Positions 51,296-60,684 are shown, counted from the first letter of the stretch. The stretch: 64,000 nt of DNA from an uncultured delta proteobacterium (GCA_963737905.1 CAVTUQ010000007.1:352001-416000), one strand, 5' to 3'. The notes: generated by a model from the sequence alone, not told the origin. Made by a program: numbers and translations.

Positions 51296-51570
51296 AAGCA
51301 CGTAAGATCCCTTCCACTGATTCAATCGAAGAACTTGCTCGGTTCTGGGACCGCCATGACCTGACAGATTTCGAGGACCAACTTGAGGAAGTCAGTGCTC
51401 CGGTATTTACTCGTAAGTCCACCACAGCGGTGACGGTTCGATTGCGTCCTAACGAAGCCAAAGAAATCAAGCGAGTTGCCAAAACCAAACGTGTGCCAGA
51501 AGCGACGTTAATACGCCGCTGGGTCATCGAGAAACTGCGCGCCTCCGGCACGTCGTCTAGAAAGCGCTGA
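51292..51570 (+). CDS. CopG/BrnA-type antitoxin
   Basis: EELARFWDRHDLTDF plus C-terminal RHH (VTVRL..LIRRW); ATGA-coupled to the toxin. Confidence 0.85.
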   Translation: MKARKIPSTDSIEELARFWDRHDLTDFEDQLEEVSAPVFTRKSTTAVTVRLRPNEAKEIKRVAKTKRVPEATLIRRWVIEKLRASGTSSRKR

Positions 51571-51613
51571 TCTTCACGGGTGGATACAACCCTAGCCTTT
51601 CGCCCCTCTTGGG

Positions 51614-51660
51614 TCACCGAATCACCCTGTCCGCTCGCGCCAATACGTTGGGTGGGATCG
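51614..51660 (-). pseudogene. orphan 3' tail ('empty slot' 1)
   Basis: AAAATAGGTAGGC joined directly to GATCCCACCC... = [14 protein letters not shown]. Confidence 0.8.
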
Positions 51661-51728
51661 CCTACCTATTTTAGATTTTCGATTTTGGATACATCAACTC
51701 CGCTCAGTACAGGTTTTAGATTGTTCGA

Positions 51729-52708
51729 TCATCGGATAACTCGATCTGCTCTGGCCAATACGTTCGGGGGTATGGTCAATCCGATCTGTTTCGCTGCTTT
51801 CAGATTGATGATGAACTCGAACTTCTTCGGCTGCTCCACCGGGAGATCGGCGGGCTTGGCACCTTTAAGAATCTTATCAACGTAAGTGGCGGCGCGTCGA
51901 AACAAGTCTGTAATGCTCACACTGTAGGTCATGAGACCACCGTCTTCGACAAATTCTCCATGGAGTGGTATATCGCCGGGATTCGGTTTTTGACCGCGAG
52001 TTCTACAACCTGTTTTCGTCCAAAAGTGATGACGGGGTTCTGCAACGTAAGAACTGCGGCAGCACGACCCTTACTCGCGCTTGGAACGCAATCTCCAAAT
52101 CTTTGGGAACTCTTACTTCTAAGTATTGAACTTGCACCCCCAGCACTCCTGCAGCGAGTTCTATGTCTTTTAACGCTTGCGTATTGCCTGGCTCGGCCGA
52201 AGTCCCGAAGACGGCTAGGCGGGAGAGTCTAGGAATAGTCTCCTTTAGAATCTCTAGTTGTTTGCCGCTTATCACTGGGGAGAGATTTGACATCCGGTAA
52301 TGTTTCCGCCAGGTCGCGCAAGGCTCGCAACAAAACCCGACCCTACGGGGTCACCTTCATTACCCATGACAATGGGAATCGTAGCTGTCGCTTCCTTGGC
52401 GGAACGGGTCGCTGCCGGACCAGCCGTGACGATGACATCAACCTTGGAACGCGCTAGTTCCACCGCGAGGCTAGTTACTTCATTCGATTTGCCCTCTCCA
52501 AACCGATACTCAATGATAATATTTTTTCCCTCCAAGTATCCAAGTTCACGCAGCCCTTCGCGGAAGGCCTCTACCCGGGCCGCCACAATAGAAGCGGAGG
52601 CCGCGCCTAGCAAAGCAATCCGAGGAATTTTCGCTGGCTGCTGCGCCCAAACTGGATCGCAAAGCGCAGGAGCAAGGGTAAGCGCAAACCAATAACTGTC
52701 TTTCTCAT
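51729..52708 (-). pseudogene. ABC_sub_bind paralog H (several frameshifts)
   Basis: ORF pieces 52272-52760, 52003-52293 and 51729-51932 concatenate to one paralog; start MRKTVIG. Confidence 0.85.
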
Positions 52709-52761
52709 TAGGCTTTTCCCGGTGTTTTTCTTGCTCTCTGGCCCTTGCTCCTTGCTCCATG

Positions 52762-53790
52762 CTATTTAATTACTTTATCCGCTCGCGCCAGCACATTCGG
52801 CGGAATCGTGAGGCCGATCTGCTTGGCGGCTTTCAGATTGATGATGAATTCAAAGTTTATCGGTTGCTCCACGGGAAGATCGGCTGGCTTAGTTCCCTTT
52901 AGAATCTTGTCTACGAACACCGCTGCTCGTCGCGCCAAGTCGTCACGCCGCGCGTTGTAGCTCATAAGCCCACCGTCCTCGACAAATTCTCGCCTATAGT
53001 AAATCGCAGGAAGCTGACTCTTGGCTGCAAATTCCACAATCCGTTTCCTCTGTGCAGTAGCGAACGGGCCATTTGTTACAATGAGAGCTTCGGTACGCGC
53101 CTTGGAGATGGCTTCCAATGCGCGACTAAGATCGTCGGGGTTTTTTACCACCTCAAATTGAAGCTTGAGTCCCAATGATCGGGCTGCTTCTTCGGTATCT
53201 TTCAGTGTCACCGTAGAGCCGAGGGTACCCGGGCCCCGAAGGTCAATTACGTGTGAGAGCCGTGGAAGGGTTTCCTTGAGCAACTCAAGCAGTTTCCCTC
53301 TTAGTTCAGCGGAAAGACTCGCCAGCCCCGTGATATTACCGCCAGGCCGGGCAAGGCTCGCGACCAAACCTGCTCCTACGGGATCAGTTTCATTTGTCAT
53401 AACAATGGGAATCGTGCTCGTTGCTCCTTTGGCTGCGCGTGTATCTGCCGCGCCGCCCGTAACGATGACATCAACCTTTAGCTGGACTAGCTCAGCCGCA
53501 TTTCGTCGGACCTGAGCGGGCCTTCCCTGCGCAAATCGCCATTCAATGACGATGTTCTGCCCTTCGACGTATCCCAGTTCGCGCAGTCCCTGGCGAAATG
53601 CCTCTTCGTTGTTTTCTCCGGAACTACTCGCTGATTGATAGCCGATCCGTGGGATTTTAGTTGGCTGCTGCGCCTGAGCGGGGAAGCAGGGAGCAAGGAG
53701 CATGGAGCAAAGAGCCAGAAACACAGCGGCGCAAAGGCCTCGCGCTAATTGCCACACGCTGAACGACCTTTCAACGAATTTTTTCCTCAT
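52762..53790 (-). CDS. ABC_sub_bind paralog G (array)
   Basis: Intact; family motifs; signal ending LALCSMLLAPCFPAQAQQP. Confidence 0.92.
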   Translation of the reverse strand: MRKKFVERSFSVWQLARGLCAAVFLALCSMLLAPCFPAQAQQPTKIPRIGYQSASSSGENNEEAFRQGLRELGYVEGQNIVIEWRFAQGRPAQVRRNAAELVQLKVDVIVTGGAADTRAAKGATSTIPIVMTNETDPVGAGLVASLARPGGNITGLASLSAELRGKLLELLKETLPRLSHVIDLRGPGTLGSTVTLKDTEEAARSLGLKLQFEVVKNPDDLSRALEAISKARTEALIVTNGPFATAQRKRIVEFAAKSQLPAIYYRREFVEDGGLMSYNARRDDLARRAAVFVDKILKGTKPADLPVEQPINFEFIINLKAAKQIGLTIPPNVLARADKVIK

Positions 53791-53841
53791 TAGTTCTCCA
53801 GTGTGTTTTCTGGCTCCCTGCCCACAGCTCCGTGCTCCCTG

Positions 53842-54875
53842 CTATTTGATGACCTTATCCGCCCTCGCCAGCACGTTGGGCGGAAAGTGAGCCCGATCTG
53901 CTTGGCGGCTTTGAGATTAATGATGAGATCGAACTTGATCGGCTGCTCCACGGGAAGGTCCGCTGGCTTTGCGCCCTTCAAAATCTTGTCCACATAAGTG
54001 GCCGCGCGCCGGTGCAGGTCGGCCAAGTTCGTCCCGTAGGACATGAGGCCACCGGACTCCACAAACAAGCTAAAGGGGTACATCCCCGGCAGCCGGTTCT
54101 TTGCCGACAGGTCCACGATCTGCGTTCGACGTTCGATGGTGACAGCATGCGGCAGTACGATAAGCCCCTGGGGATGGCCCTTGGTGAGATTCGCGAAGGC
54201 GTGCTCGATCTCGGCTGGTCCCACCACCTCTTGGCGCTGGGGAGTCACCTTCAACGCTTGGGCCGTCGCTTGGATCTGTGCCCAATAGGTGCGGTGGGAC
54301 GAGGTCTGGGAAACTGCGAGGACGGCGACGCGGGAGATCTTGGGAACCGCCTCCCTGAGCAGCTCCACCCATTTCCCTGCGAACTCTTCGGCTTGATTTG
54401 AGAAGCCGGTAATGTTCCCGGCCGGCCGCGCGAGGCTGGCGACGAAGCCGCTCTCAACAGGATCGCCCATACCCGCCACGACGATGGGTACGGTTCGGCT
54501 CGCCTGCCGAAGAGCTGCCACCGCTGCGTTGCTCTGTGTAACGATCACGTCTACCCTGAGATTGATCAGCTCGTCGGCAAGGGCCGGGAAGCGATCGGGC
54601 GTTCCCTCCGCCCAGCGGTAGTCAATGAAGATGTTCCGGCCCTCGACGTAGCCAAGTTCGCGCAGCCCTTGGCGGAAAGCTTCAAGGAGGGGGGCGCCCG
54701 CGGAAGGGGTGAAGGCACCCAGGTAACCTATCCGCGGGATCTTCGCCGGCTGCTGCGCGTGGGTGGGGAGGCAAGGAGCGAGGAGCATGGAGCAAAGAGC
54801 AAGAAACACTGCGGCGTAACGGCTTCGCGCCAAGAGCGAAGCGTTAAACGAATTGTCCAAGACCTGTCTTCTCAT
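53842..54875 (-). CDS. ABC_sub_bind paralog F (frameshift near 53886 at the T-I-P-P codons)
   Basis: Start MRRQVLD; the [13 protein letters not shown] tail is present in the shifted frame. Confidence 0.85.
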
Positions 54876-54929
54876 TGAGTTCTCCCATGGGTTTTTCTGG
54901 CTCCCTGCTCTTAGCTCCATGCTTCCGTG

Positions 54930-54976
54930 CTATCTTATGACCTTGTCCGCCCTTGCCAGCGCGTTAGGCGGGATCG
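54930..54976 (-). pseudogene. orphan 3' tail ('empty slot' 2)
   Basis: AAAATAGGTAGGC joined to GATCCCGCCT... = IPPNALARADKVIR*. Confidence 0.8.
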
Positions 54977-55044
54977 CCTACCTATTTTAGATTTTCGATT
55001 TTGGATACATCGACTCCGCTCAGTACAGGTTTTAGATTGTTCTA

Positions 55045-56030
55045 TCATCGGATAACTCGATCTGCTCTGGCCAATACGTTCGGGGGTATTGCCAATCCGA
55101 TCTGCTTGGCTGCTTTCAGATTGATGATGAACTCGAACTTCGTCGGTTGCTCCACAGGCAGGTCAGCCGGCTTGGCGCCTTTCAAAATCTTGTCAACATA
55201 AGTAGCAGCGCGACGAAACAAGTCGGCACCGCTCACGCCATATATCATCAGCCCGCCGGCTTCCACAAATTCTTCCCTGTAGTATATCGCCGGTAGCCGG
55301 TTTTTTACCGCGAGGTCAATTATCTGTGCTCGCTGAGTATTAGCGACGGGGTTCTGTAGTACGAGGAAAGCTTCCGCGCGCCTTTTGATGGCGGCTTGGA
55401 ATGCATTCTCGACATCCTGTGGACTTAGAACGTCGAAGTATTGAAGCTTAACCTTGAGAGCCCCAGCAGCAATTTCCACCTCTTTTAGCACTTGTGCGTT
55501 GCCCGAGTAGGTTGAAGTCCCGAAGACGGCCACGCGAGAGAGCTTGGGAATCATCTCCTTCAGAAGCTCCAACTGTTTTCCGCTTATTTCTGGCGCAAGC
55601 GTGGACAATCCCGTAATGTTCCCGCCAGGCCGCGCAAGACTGGCCACGATCCCAGAACCGACCGGATCGCTATCGTTAGTCATGACAATGGGAATCGTAA
55701 CGGTTGCTTCCTTGGCGGGACGAGTCGCCGCGGGACCAGCCGCGACAATGACGTCGACTTTGAGCCGAACCAGTTCGGCCGCAAGGTCAGGCAGCCGATC
55801 GAGTTTTCCATTCGCCCACCGCCAATCGATAAGAATGGTTTTACCCTCGACATGCCCGAGCTCGCGCAATCCCTGCCGGAATGCTTCAGTGCGGGTCGCG
55901 TTAGCGGAAGGGACGGTAGTAGCTAGGTATCCGATCGCGGGATTGTCGTCCGTTGCTGCGCCGTGGCCGCAGCCACACAGGTCGCCAAAGTCACAAAGAT
56001 TGGAAAGAGTCGCACGACGATGTGCTTCAT
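55045..56030 (-). CDS. ABC_sub_bind paralog E (frameshift near 55938, just after the signal peptide)
   Basis: GGAGG RBS; MKHIVVRLFPIFVTLATCVAAATAQQRTTIP, then IGYLATT in the next frame. Confidence 0.85.
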
Positions 56031-56057
56031 GCCTCCACCTATTTTCGATTTTAGATT

Positions 56058-56474
56058 TTAGATTGCCGATTGAACGGAGAACTTCCATTTACGCCTTTGA
56101 AGTGCTCGAATCGACGCTACCGTCATCGCTATGATCTCATTGGTTTCCTGCAACAATTCCGACAGCCGAGCCTCTGCTATGAGCTCGGATTCAATAAGTA
56201 GTTCCATCCAGTACCCTGATTCGTCCGCCTCTTCTTCAACTATCCGGAGTTTGGCGATCACATCGGCTGTGGACTTGCCGCGACACGCTGCTCGATAGTT
56301 AACGCCAATCGAAGTGCCAGATCGGATCAACTGTCTACCTAGGACATCCGCGCTCCGGTTCCTCGGCAAGGCGTTCGACGACTTTGATGACGCGTAATGT
56401 AGCTGCTTTGTGCGCTTCTTGAATAAGTTTTCATCTATCTTTTTTCTCCCGCAATCGAAAATCGAAAATGTCAT
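56058..56474 (-). CDS. four-helix bundle protein (23S rRNA IVS/TIGR02436-like), possibly degenerate
   Basis: GRQLIRSGTSIGVNYRAACR, KLRIVEEEADES..W; compensating indels convert the expected KQLALRVIKVVEA into KQLHYASSKSSNA. Confidence 0.85.
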   Translation of the reverse strand: MTFSIFDCGRKKIDENLFKKRTKQLHYASSKSSNALPRNRSADVLGRQLIRSGTSIGVNYRAACRGKSTADVIAKLRIVEEEADESGYWMELLIESELIAEARLSELLQETNEIIAMTVASIRALQRRKWKFSVQSAI

Positions 56475-57433
56475 CTTATGACCCGATCCGCCCGCGCTAG
56501 AACGTTCGGCGGAATTGTTAATCCGATCTGCTTAGCCGCCTTCAGGTTGATTACGAACTCGAATTTTGTCGGTTGCTCGACCGGTAGATCTTGCGGCTTG
56601 GCACCCTTGAGAATCTTGTCCACGTAGGTGGCGGCGCGGCGGTACAGATCGCTAAGCAGAGGACCATAAGCCGCGATGCCGCCTTCCTCGGCAAATTGTC
56701 GAGTCGGATACATGCCAGGAAGGCGATGCTTTAGCGCCAGCTCGGCAATCTGTTTTGAGTGAAGGGTAACAAGCGGACTCAATACAACCAAAAGGGCATC
56801 AACGTGAGCCTTCGACATCTCTACAAATGCCTTGTCGATGTCATCAGCCTCGCGCAACTCAATGGGATGTAGCGGTACCGATAACGCTTTTGCCGCATCC
56901 TGAGTTTCCTTGAAACCTAAGCTGACCCTACTCCACAGCGCCGCTACGCGGCGGCTTTTTGGAAACGCTTCTTTGAGCAGCTCGACCCGTTTGCCGCTGA
57001 GATCGGACGCAAGGACCGTCAGACCCGTAATATTTCCCCCGGGCTTCGCTAAACTCTCCGCCAAGCCTCGCTCTATCGGACCGCCGCTGGTCATGACGAT
57101 CGGCACGGTGCTCGTCACCTTGCGCGCCGCCTGAGCGCTGAGCGACGAGGTGGTAACGATGACATTTACTTGTTTTTGTACCAGATCGGCAGCCAGATCC
57201 GGCAAGCGATCGTAATTGCCTTCGGCAAAGCGGTATTCGAAAATTACGTTCTTTCCTTCGGTGTAGCCACGTTCGCGCATCCCTTGTTTAAACGATTCCA
57301 GGTGCGGCTGATCCTGCCCGCCAACGAAGAGAATCCCGACGTGGGGAATTTTTGGGGTCTGCTGCGCCCAAACTAGAGCGCAAAGCGCATGGAGCAAAGC
57401 GGTAAGCGCAAAGCCAATAACTGTCTTTCTCAT
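56471..57433 (-). CDS. ABC_sub_bind paralog D (array)
   Basis: Intact; DQPHLxSF motif shared with 163-1149. Confidence 0.92.
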   Translation of the reverse strand: MRKTVIGFALTALLHALCALVWAQQTPKIPHVGILFVGGQDQPHLESFKQGMRERGYTEGKNVIFEYRFAEGNYDRLPDLAADLVQKQVNVIVTTSSLSAQAARKVTSTVPIVMTSGGPIERGLAESLAKPGGNITGLTVLASDLSGKRVELLKEAFPKSRRVAALWSRVSLGFKETQDAAKALSVPLHPIELREADDIDKAFVEMSKAHVDALLVVLSPLVTLHSKQIAELALKHRLPGMYPTRQFAEEGGIAAYGPLLSDLYRRAATYVDKILKGAKPQDLPVEQPTKFEFVINLKAAKQIGLTIPPNVLARADRVIR

Positions 57434-57478
57434 AGATTTCTCCCGGTGTTTTTCTTGCTCTTTGCCCTTTGCTCCATG

Positions 57479-58513
57479 CTATTTAATTACTTTATCCGCT
57501 CTCGCCAGCACGTTGGGCGGGATCGTCAAACCGATCCGTTTCGCGGTTTTAAGATTGATGATAAACTCAAACTTCTTCGGCTGCTCTACCGGTAAATCCG
57601 CCGGCTTGGCGCCTTTCAAAATCTTGTCAACGTAAGTAGCAGCGCGACGAAACAAATCGGTATAGCTGACGCCGTAGAACACGAGGCCACCGTCTTCCAC
57701 ATACTCTGGCCTGCTGTATATTGCGGGAAGCCGGTTTTTTATCGCGCGGTCTGCCACCTGTCCTCTTTGAGCGGTGAGGAGAGGGGTCGTCACCACGAGG
57801 ACTGCATCGGCGTGCTGTTTGGTTGCGGCGTGGAAGGCAGTCTCGATATCCTTGGGTTCTCGTATTTCCAGATATTGAATCTGCACCCGTAACGCATCCG
57901 CGGCGAGGTTGATCTCTCTTAAGGCTTGCGGGTGGCCCGGTTGGCTCGCATTCCCGAGAACGGCCACGCGGGAGAGCTTAGGAACGATTTCCTTTAGAAG
58001 CTCTATTTGCTTTCCGCTTATCTCCGGAGCAAGGGTTGCCAGTCCAGTTATGTTCCCGCCAGGGCGGGCAAGGCTCTCAACAAATCCGCTGCCGACAGGA
58101 TCATCATCATAGCCCATGACGATGGGAATCGTAGCAGTCGCTTGCTTCGCAACGCGAGTGGGTGGCGGCCCCCCCGAGACGATCACGTCTACGTTAAGAC
58201 GCACTAGCTCGGCTGCAAGTGCAGACAAGCGATCCGCTTTCCCTTCTGAAGATCGCCACTCGATAACAATGTTTTTTCCCTCCACGTACCCAAGCTCACG
58301 CAGGCCCTGTCGGAACGCCTCGATACGAGCCGAGATAGTGGAAGGCGGTACAGCAAGGAGAAACCCGATGTGGGGGACCTTCGCCGGCTGCTGCGCCTGG
58401 GCGGGGAAGCAGGGAGCAAGGAGCATGGAGCAAAGAGCCAGAAACACAGCGGCGCAACGGCTTCGCGCTAAGAGGGAAGCATTAAACGAACTGTCCAAGA
58501 CCTGTTTTCTCAT
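57479..58513 (-). CDS. ABC_sub_bind paralog C (array)
   Basis: GGGAG RBS; start MRKQVLD; family motifs. Confidence 0.92.
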   Translation of the reverse strand: MRKQVLDSSFNASLLARSRCAAVFLALCSMLLAPCFPAQAQQPAKVPHIGFLLAVPPSTISARIEAFRQGLRELGYVEGKNIVIEWRSSEGKADRLSALAAELVRLNVDVIVSGGPPPTRVAKQATATIPIVMGYDDDPVGSGFVESLARPGGNITGLATLAPEISGKQIELLKEIVPKLSRVAVLGNASQPGHPQALREINLAADALRVQIQYLEIREPKDIETAFHAATKQHADAVLVVTTPLLTAQRGQVADRAIKNRLPAIYSRPEYVEDGGLVFYGVSYTDLFRRAATYVDKILKGAKPADLPVEQPKKFEFIINLKTAKRIGLTIPPNVLARADKVIK

Positions 58514-58567
58514 TGAGTTCTCCCGTGGGTTTTTCTGGCTCCCTGCTCTTAGCTTCATGCTTCCCTG

Positions 58568-59599
58568 CTATCTTATGACCTTGTCTGCCCTCGCTAGCAC
58601 GTTGGGCGGGATCGTGAAGCCGATTTGCTTAGCTGCTTTGAGGTTGACGATGAATTCGAACTTTGTGGGTTGTTCGACGGGCAGGTCGGCCGGCTTGGCG
58701 CCCTTCAGAATCTTGTCCACATAGGTGGCGGCGCGGTGGTACAGGGCAGCAAAGCTTACGCCATAGCTCATCAGCCCTCCATCGTCCACCCACTGGGACT
58801 GCGGGTAGATTGCCGGCAGCCGATTCTTTAGCGCGAGTTCCGCGATCTGTTTGCGTTTGGGATTGAAAACCGGAGTCTGCAACACGAGCATTGCGCCGGC
58901 CCGTTCTTTATTTGCGGCTTGGAATGCAGGCTCAATATCTCGCGGATCTGCTATCTCGAGGTATTGAAGCTTTACCCCAAAGGCCCCCGCGGCAAGTTCA
59001 ATTTCTCTCAAGGTTTGCGCGTTACCCGGTTCGGCTGAAGTTCCCAGAACAGCCACGCGGGAGAGCCGTGGAACGATCTCCTTGAGAAGCTCCAGTTGTT
59101 TTCCGCTCAACTCCGGTGAAAGCGCCGATAGACCCGTGATGTTTCCTCCCGGCCGCGCAAGACCGGCAATGAAACCATTGCCGACGGGGTCGGGATCAAA
59201 TGCCATGACGATGGGAATCGTAGCTGTTGCCTGTTTGGCCGCGCGGGTCATGGTCGGGCCGCTCGTAACGATGACATTTACTTTGAGGCGCACGACCTCG
59301 GCGGCTAGTTCACTCTGTCGTTCGACCTTGCCGTCTCCAGATCGCCACTCGATGACGATATTTTTCCCTTCTACGTAACCCAGTTCCCGCATCCCCTGAC
59401 GGAAGGCCTCGTTGCGAGCGACGTTTGAGGAAAGCGACGAGATGGTCAGGTATCCCACGTGCGGGATTTTTCTCTGTTGTTGGGCCGACGCGGTCGAACA
59501 AACCGCAAAGAGTGTGGCGCATATTAGAATTGCGGATTTGAGATTGCGGAATGCGGATTTTAGGTCAATGTCGAGACAGTGAAACAAAATTCGATCCAT
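58568..59599 (-). CDS. ABC_sub_bind paralog B (array)
   Basis: Intact; N-terminus contains heptamer-derived KSAFRNLKSAI. Confidence 0.92.
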   Translation of the reverse strand: MDRILFHCLDIDLKSAFRNLKSAILICATLFAVCSTASAQQQRKIPHVGYLTISSLSSNVARNEAFRQGMRELGYVEGKNIVIEWRSGDGKVERQSELAAEVVRLKVNVIVTSGPTMTRAAKQATATIPIVMAFDPDPVGNGFIAGLARPGGNITGLSALSPELSGKQLELLKEIVPRLSRVAVLGTSAEPGNAQTLREIELAAGAFGVKLQYLEIADPRDIEPAFQAANKERAGAMLVLQTPVFNPKRKQIAELALKNRLPAIYPQSQWVDDGGLMSYGVSFAALYHRAATYVDKILKGAKPADLPVEQPTKFEFIVNLKAAKQIGFTIPPNVLARADKVIR

Positions 59600-59636
59600 T
59601 GCTGTTTCCCCTCAATTCGAAATTCGCAATCCGAAA

Positions 59637-60620
59637 TTATCTAATAACCTTGTCCGCCCGCGCCAGCACATTCGGCGGAATCGTGAGCCCGATCTGCTTC
59701 GCCGTTTTGAGATTTACCACCAGCTCGAACTTTGTCGGCTGCTCCACCGGTAGGTCGGCAGGCTTACGGCCTTTCAAGATTTTATCCACAAAGCTCGCTA
59801 CTCGTTCATACATCTCCATAACGTCCGCACCGTAAAACATGAGCCCACCTACATCCACCGCATCTCTGGCGTCATACATTGACGGCAACCGGCTCTTTAT
59901 GGCAAAGGCCGTAGTTCGTTCAAAGCTACGTTGCATCAGTGGGCCGCCAAGCACAGAGATTCCATCAGGGCGCTCCTTGTTTATCGACGCGAATACTCTG
60001 TAAAAGCCATTCGCATCGCGTACATCACGACGCAATATCGTTAGATTCAGCGCGCGCGCCGATGATGAGAGCACTTCCTTGAACTCCAACATGTTGCGCT
60101 TATTGTTAGCCTCGTAAAGGATGGCGATGCGGGTAGCTTTCGGAACCGCTTCTTTGAGCAGCTCCAGCCGTTTGCCGCCGAGATAACCAGAGATATTTAT
60201 ATAACCGGTAATGTTCCCGCCGGGACGGGCAAGACTTTCGATCAGGCCGGCCTCGACGGGATCGGTCCCACCACCCACCATAACAATCGGAATCGTCTGG
60301 GTCGCATTCTTGGCTTCCAGGATCGGCCTGTAGCCTCCCGCTACGAGAATGACGTCAACCTTCAGATTCACCAGTTCGGCCGCAAGCCCAGGAAGCCGAT
60401 CAAGCTTGCCTTCTGCACTTCGGTACTCCATCGAAATATTCCGTCCTTCGACGTAACCGAGGACTTGCAATGCCCGGCGAATCTCCTGCTTGCGGTCGGA
60501 GTCAAGTGCCGCCGGCTGCGTGGTCAGATACCCGATCCGTGCAACTTTTTGCTGCGCCTCGGCGAACCTGCCTGCCGCAAGAAGGCCAAGTGTAACTAGG
60601 CAGACAACTTTCTTATTCAT
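59637..60620 (-). CDS. ABC_sub_bind paralog A (first gene of the array)
   Basis: Intact; family motifs. Confidence 0.92.
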   Translation of the reverse strand: MNKKVVCLVTLGLLAAGRFAEAQQKVARIGYLTTQPAALDSDRKQEIRRALQVLGYVEGRNISMEYRSAEGKLDRLPGLAAELVNLKVDVILVAGGYRPILEAKNATQTIPIVMVGGGTDPVEAGLIESLARPGGNITGYINISGYLGGKRLELLKEAVPKATRIAILYEANNKRNMLEFKEVLSSSARALNLTILRRDVRDANGFYRVFASINKERPDGISVLGGPLMQRSFERTTAFAIKSRLPSMYDARDAVDVGGLMFYGADVMEMYERVASFVDKILKGRKPADLPVEQPTKFELVVNLKTAKQIGLTIPPNVLARADKVIR

Positions 60621-60637
60621 GGCCTTTCCCTTTTAGC

Positions 60638-60684
60638 GCAATGGTTATGCCAAAAAACGGAGGCTATGCAAATCACAACTTATG
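60638..60684 (-). promoter_or_regulatory. sigma54 (-24/-12) promoter plus conserved 15-mer at the head of the array
   Basis: Minus strand TTGGCATAACCATTGC (GG-N10-GC); AAATCACAACTTATG identical to 10465-10479. Confidence 0.55.

Noticed and set aside
49838-60620. Diversity-generating retroelement (suggested by the Avd-like four-helix bundle and repeated 3' ends)
   Set aside because: No reverse transcriptase in the window; the repeated 3' ends are conserved rather than variable, and their differences are not adenine-specific.
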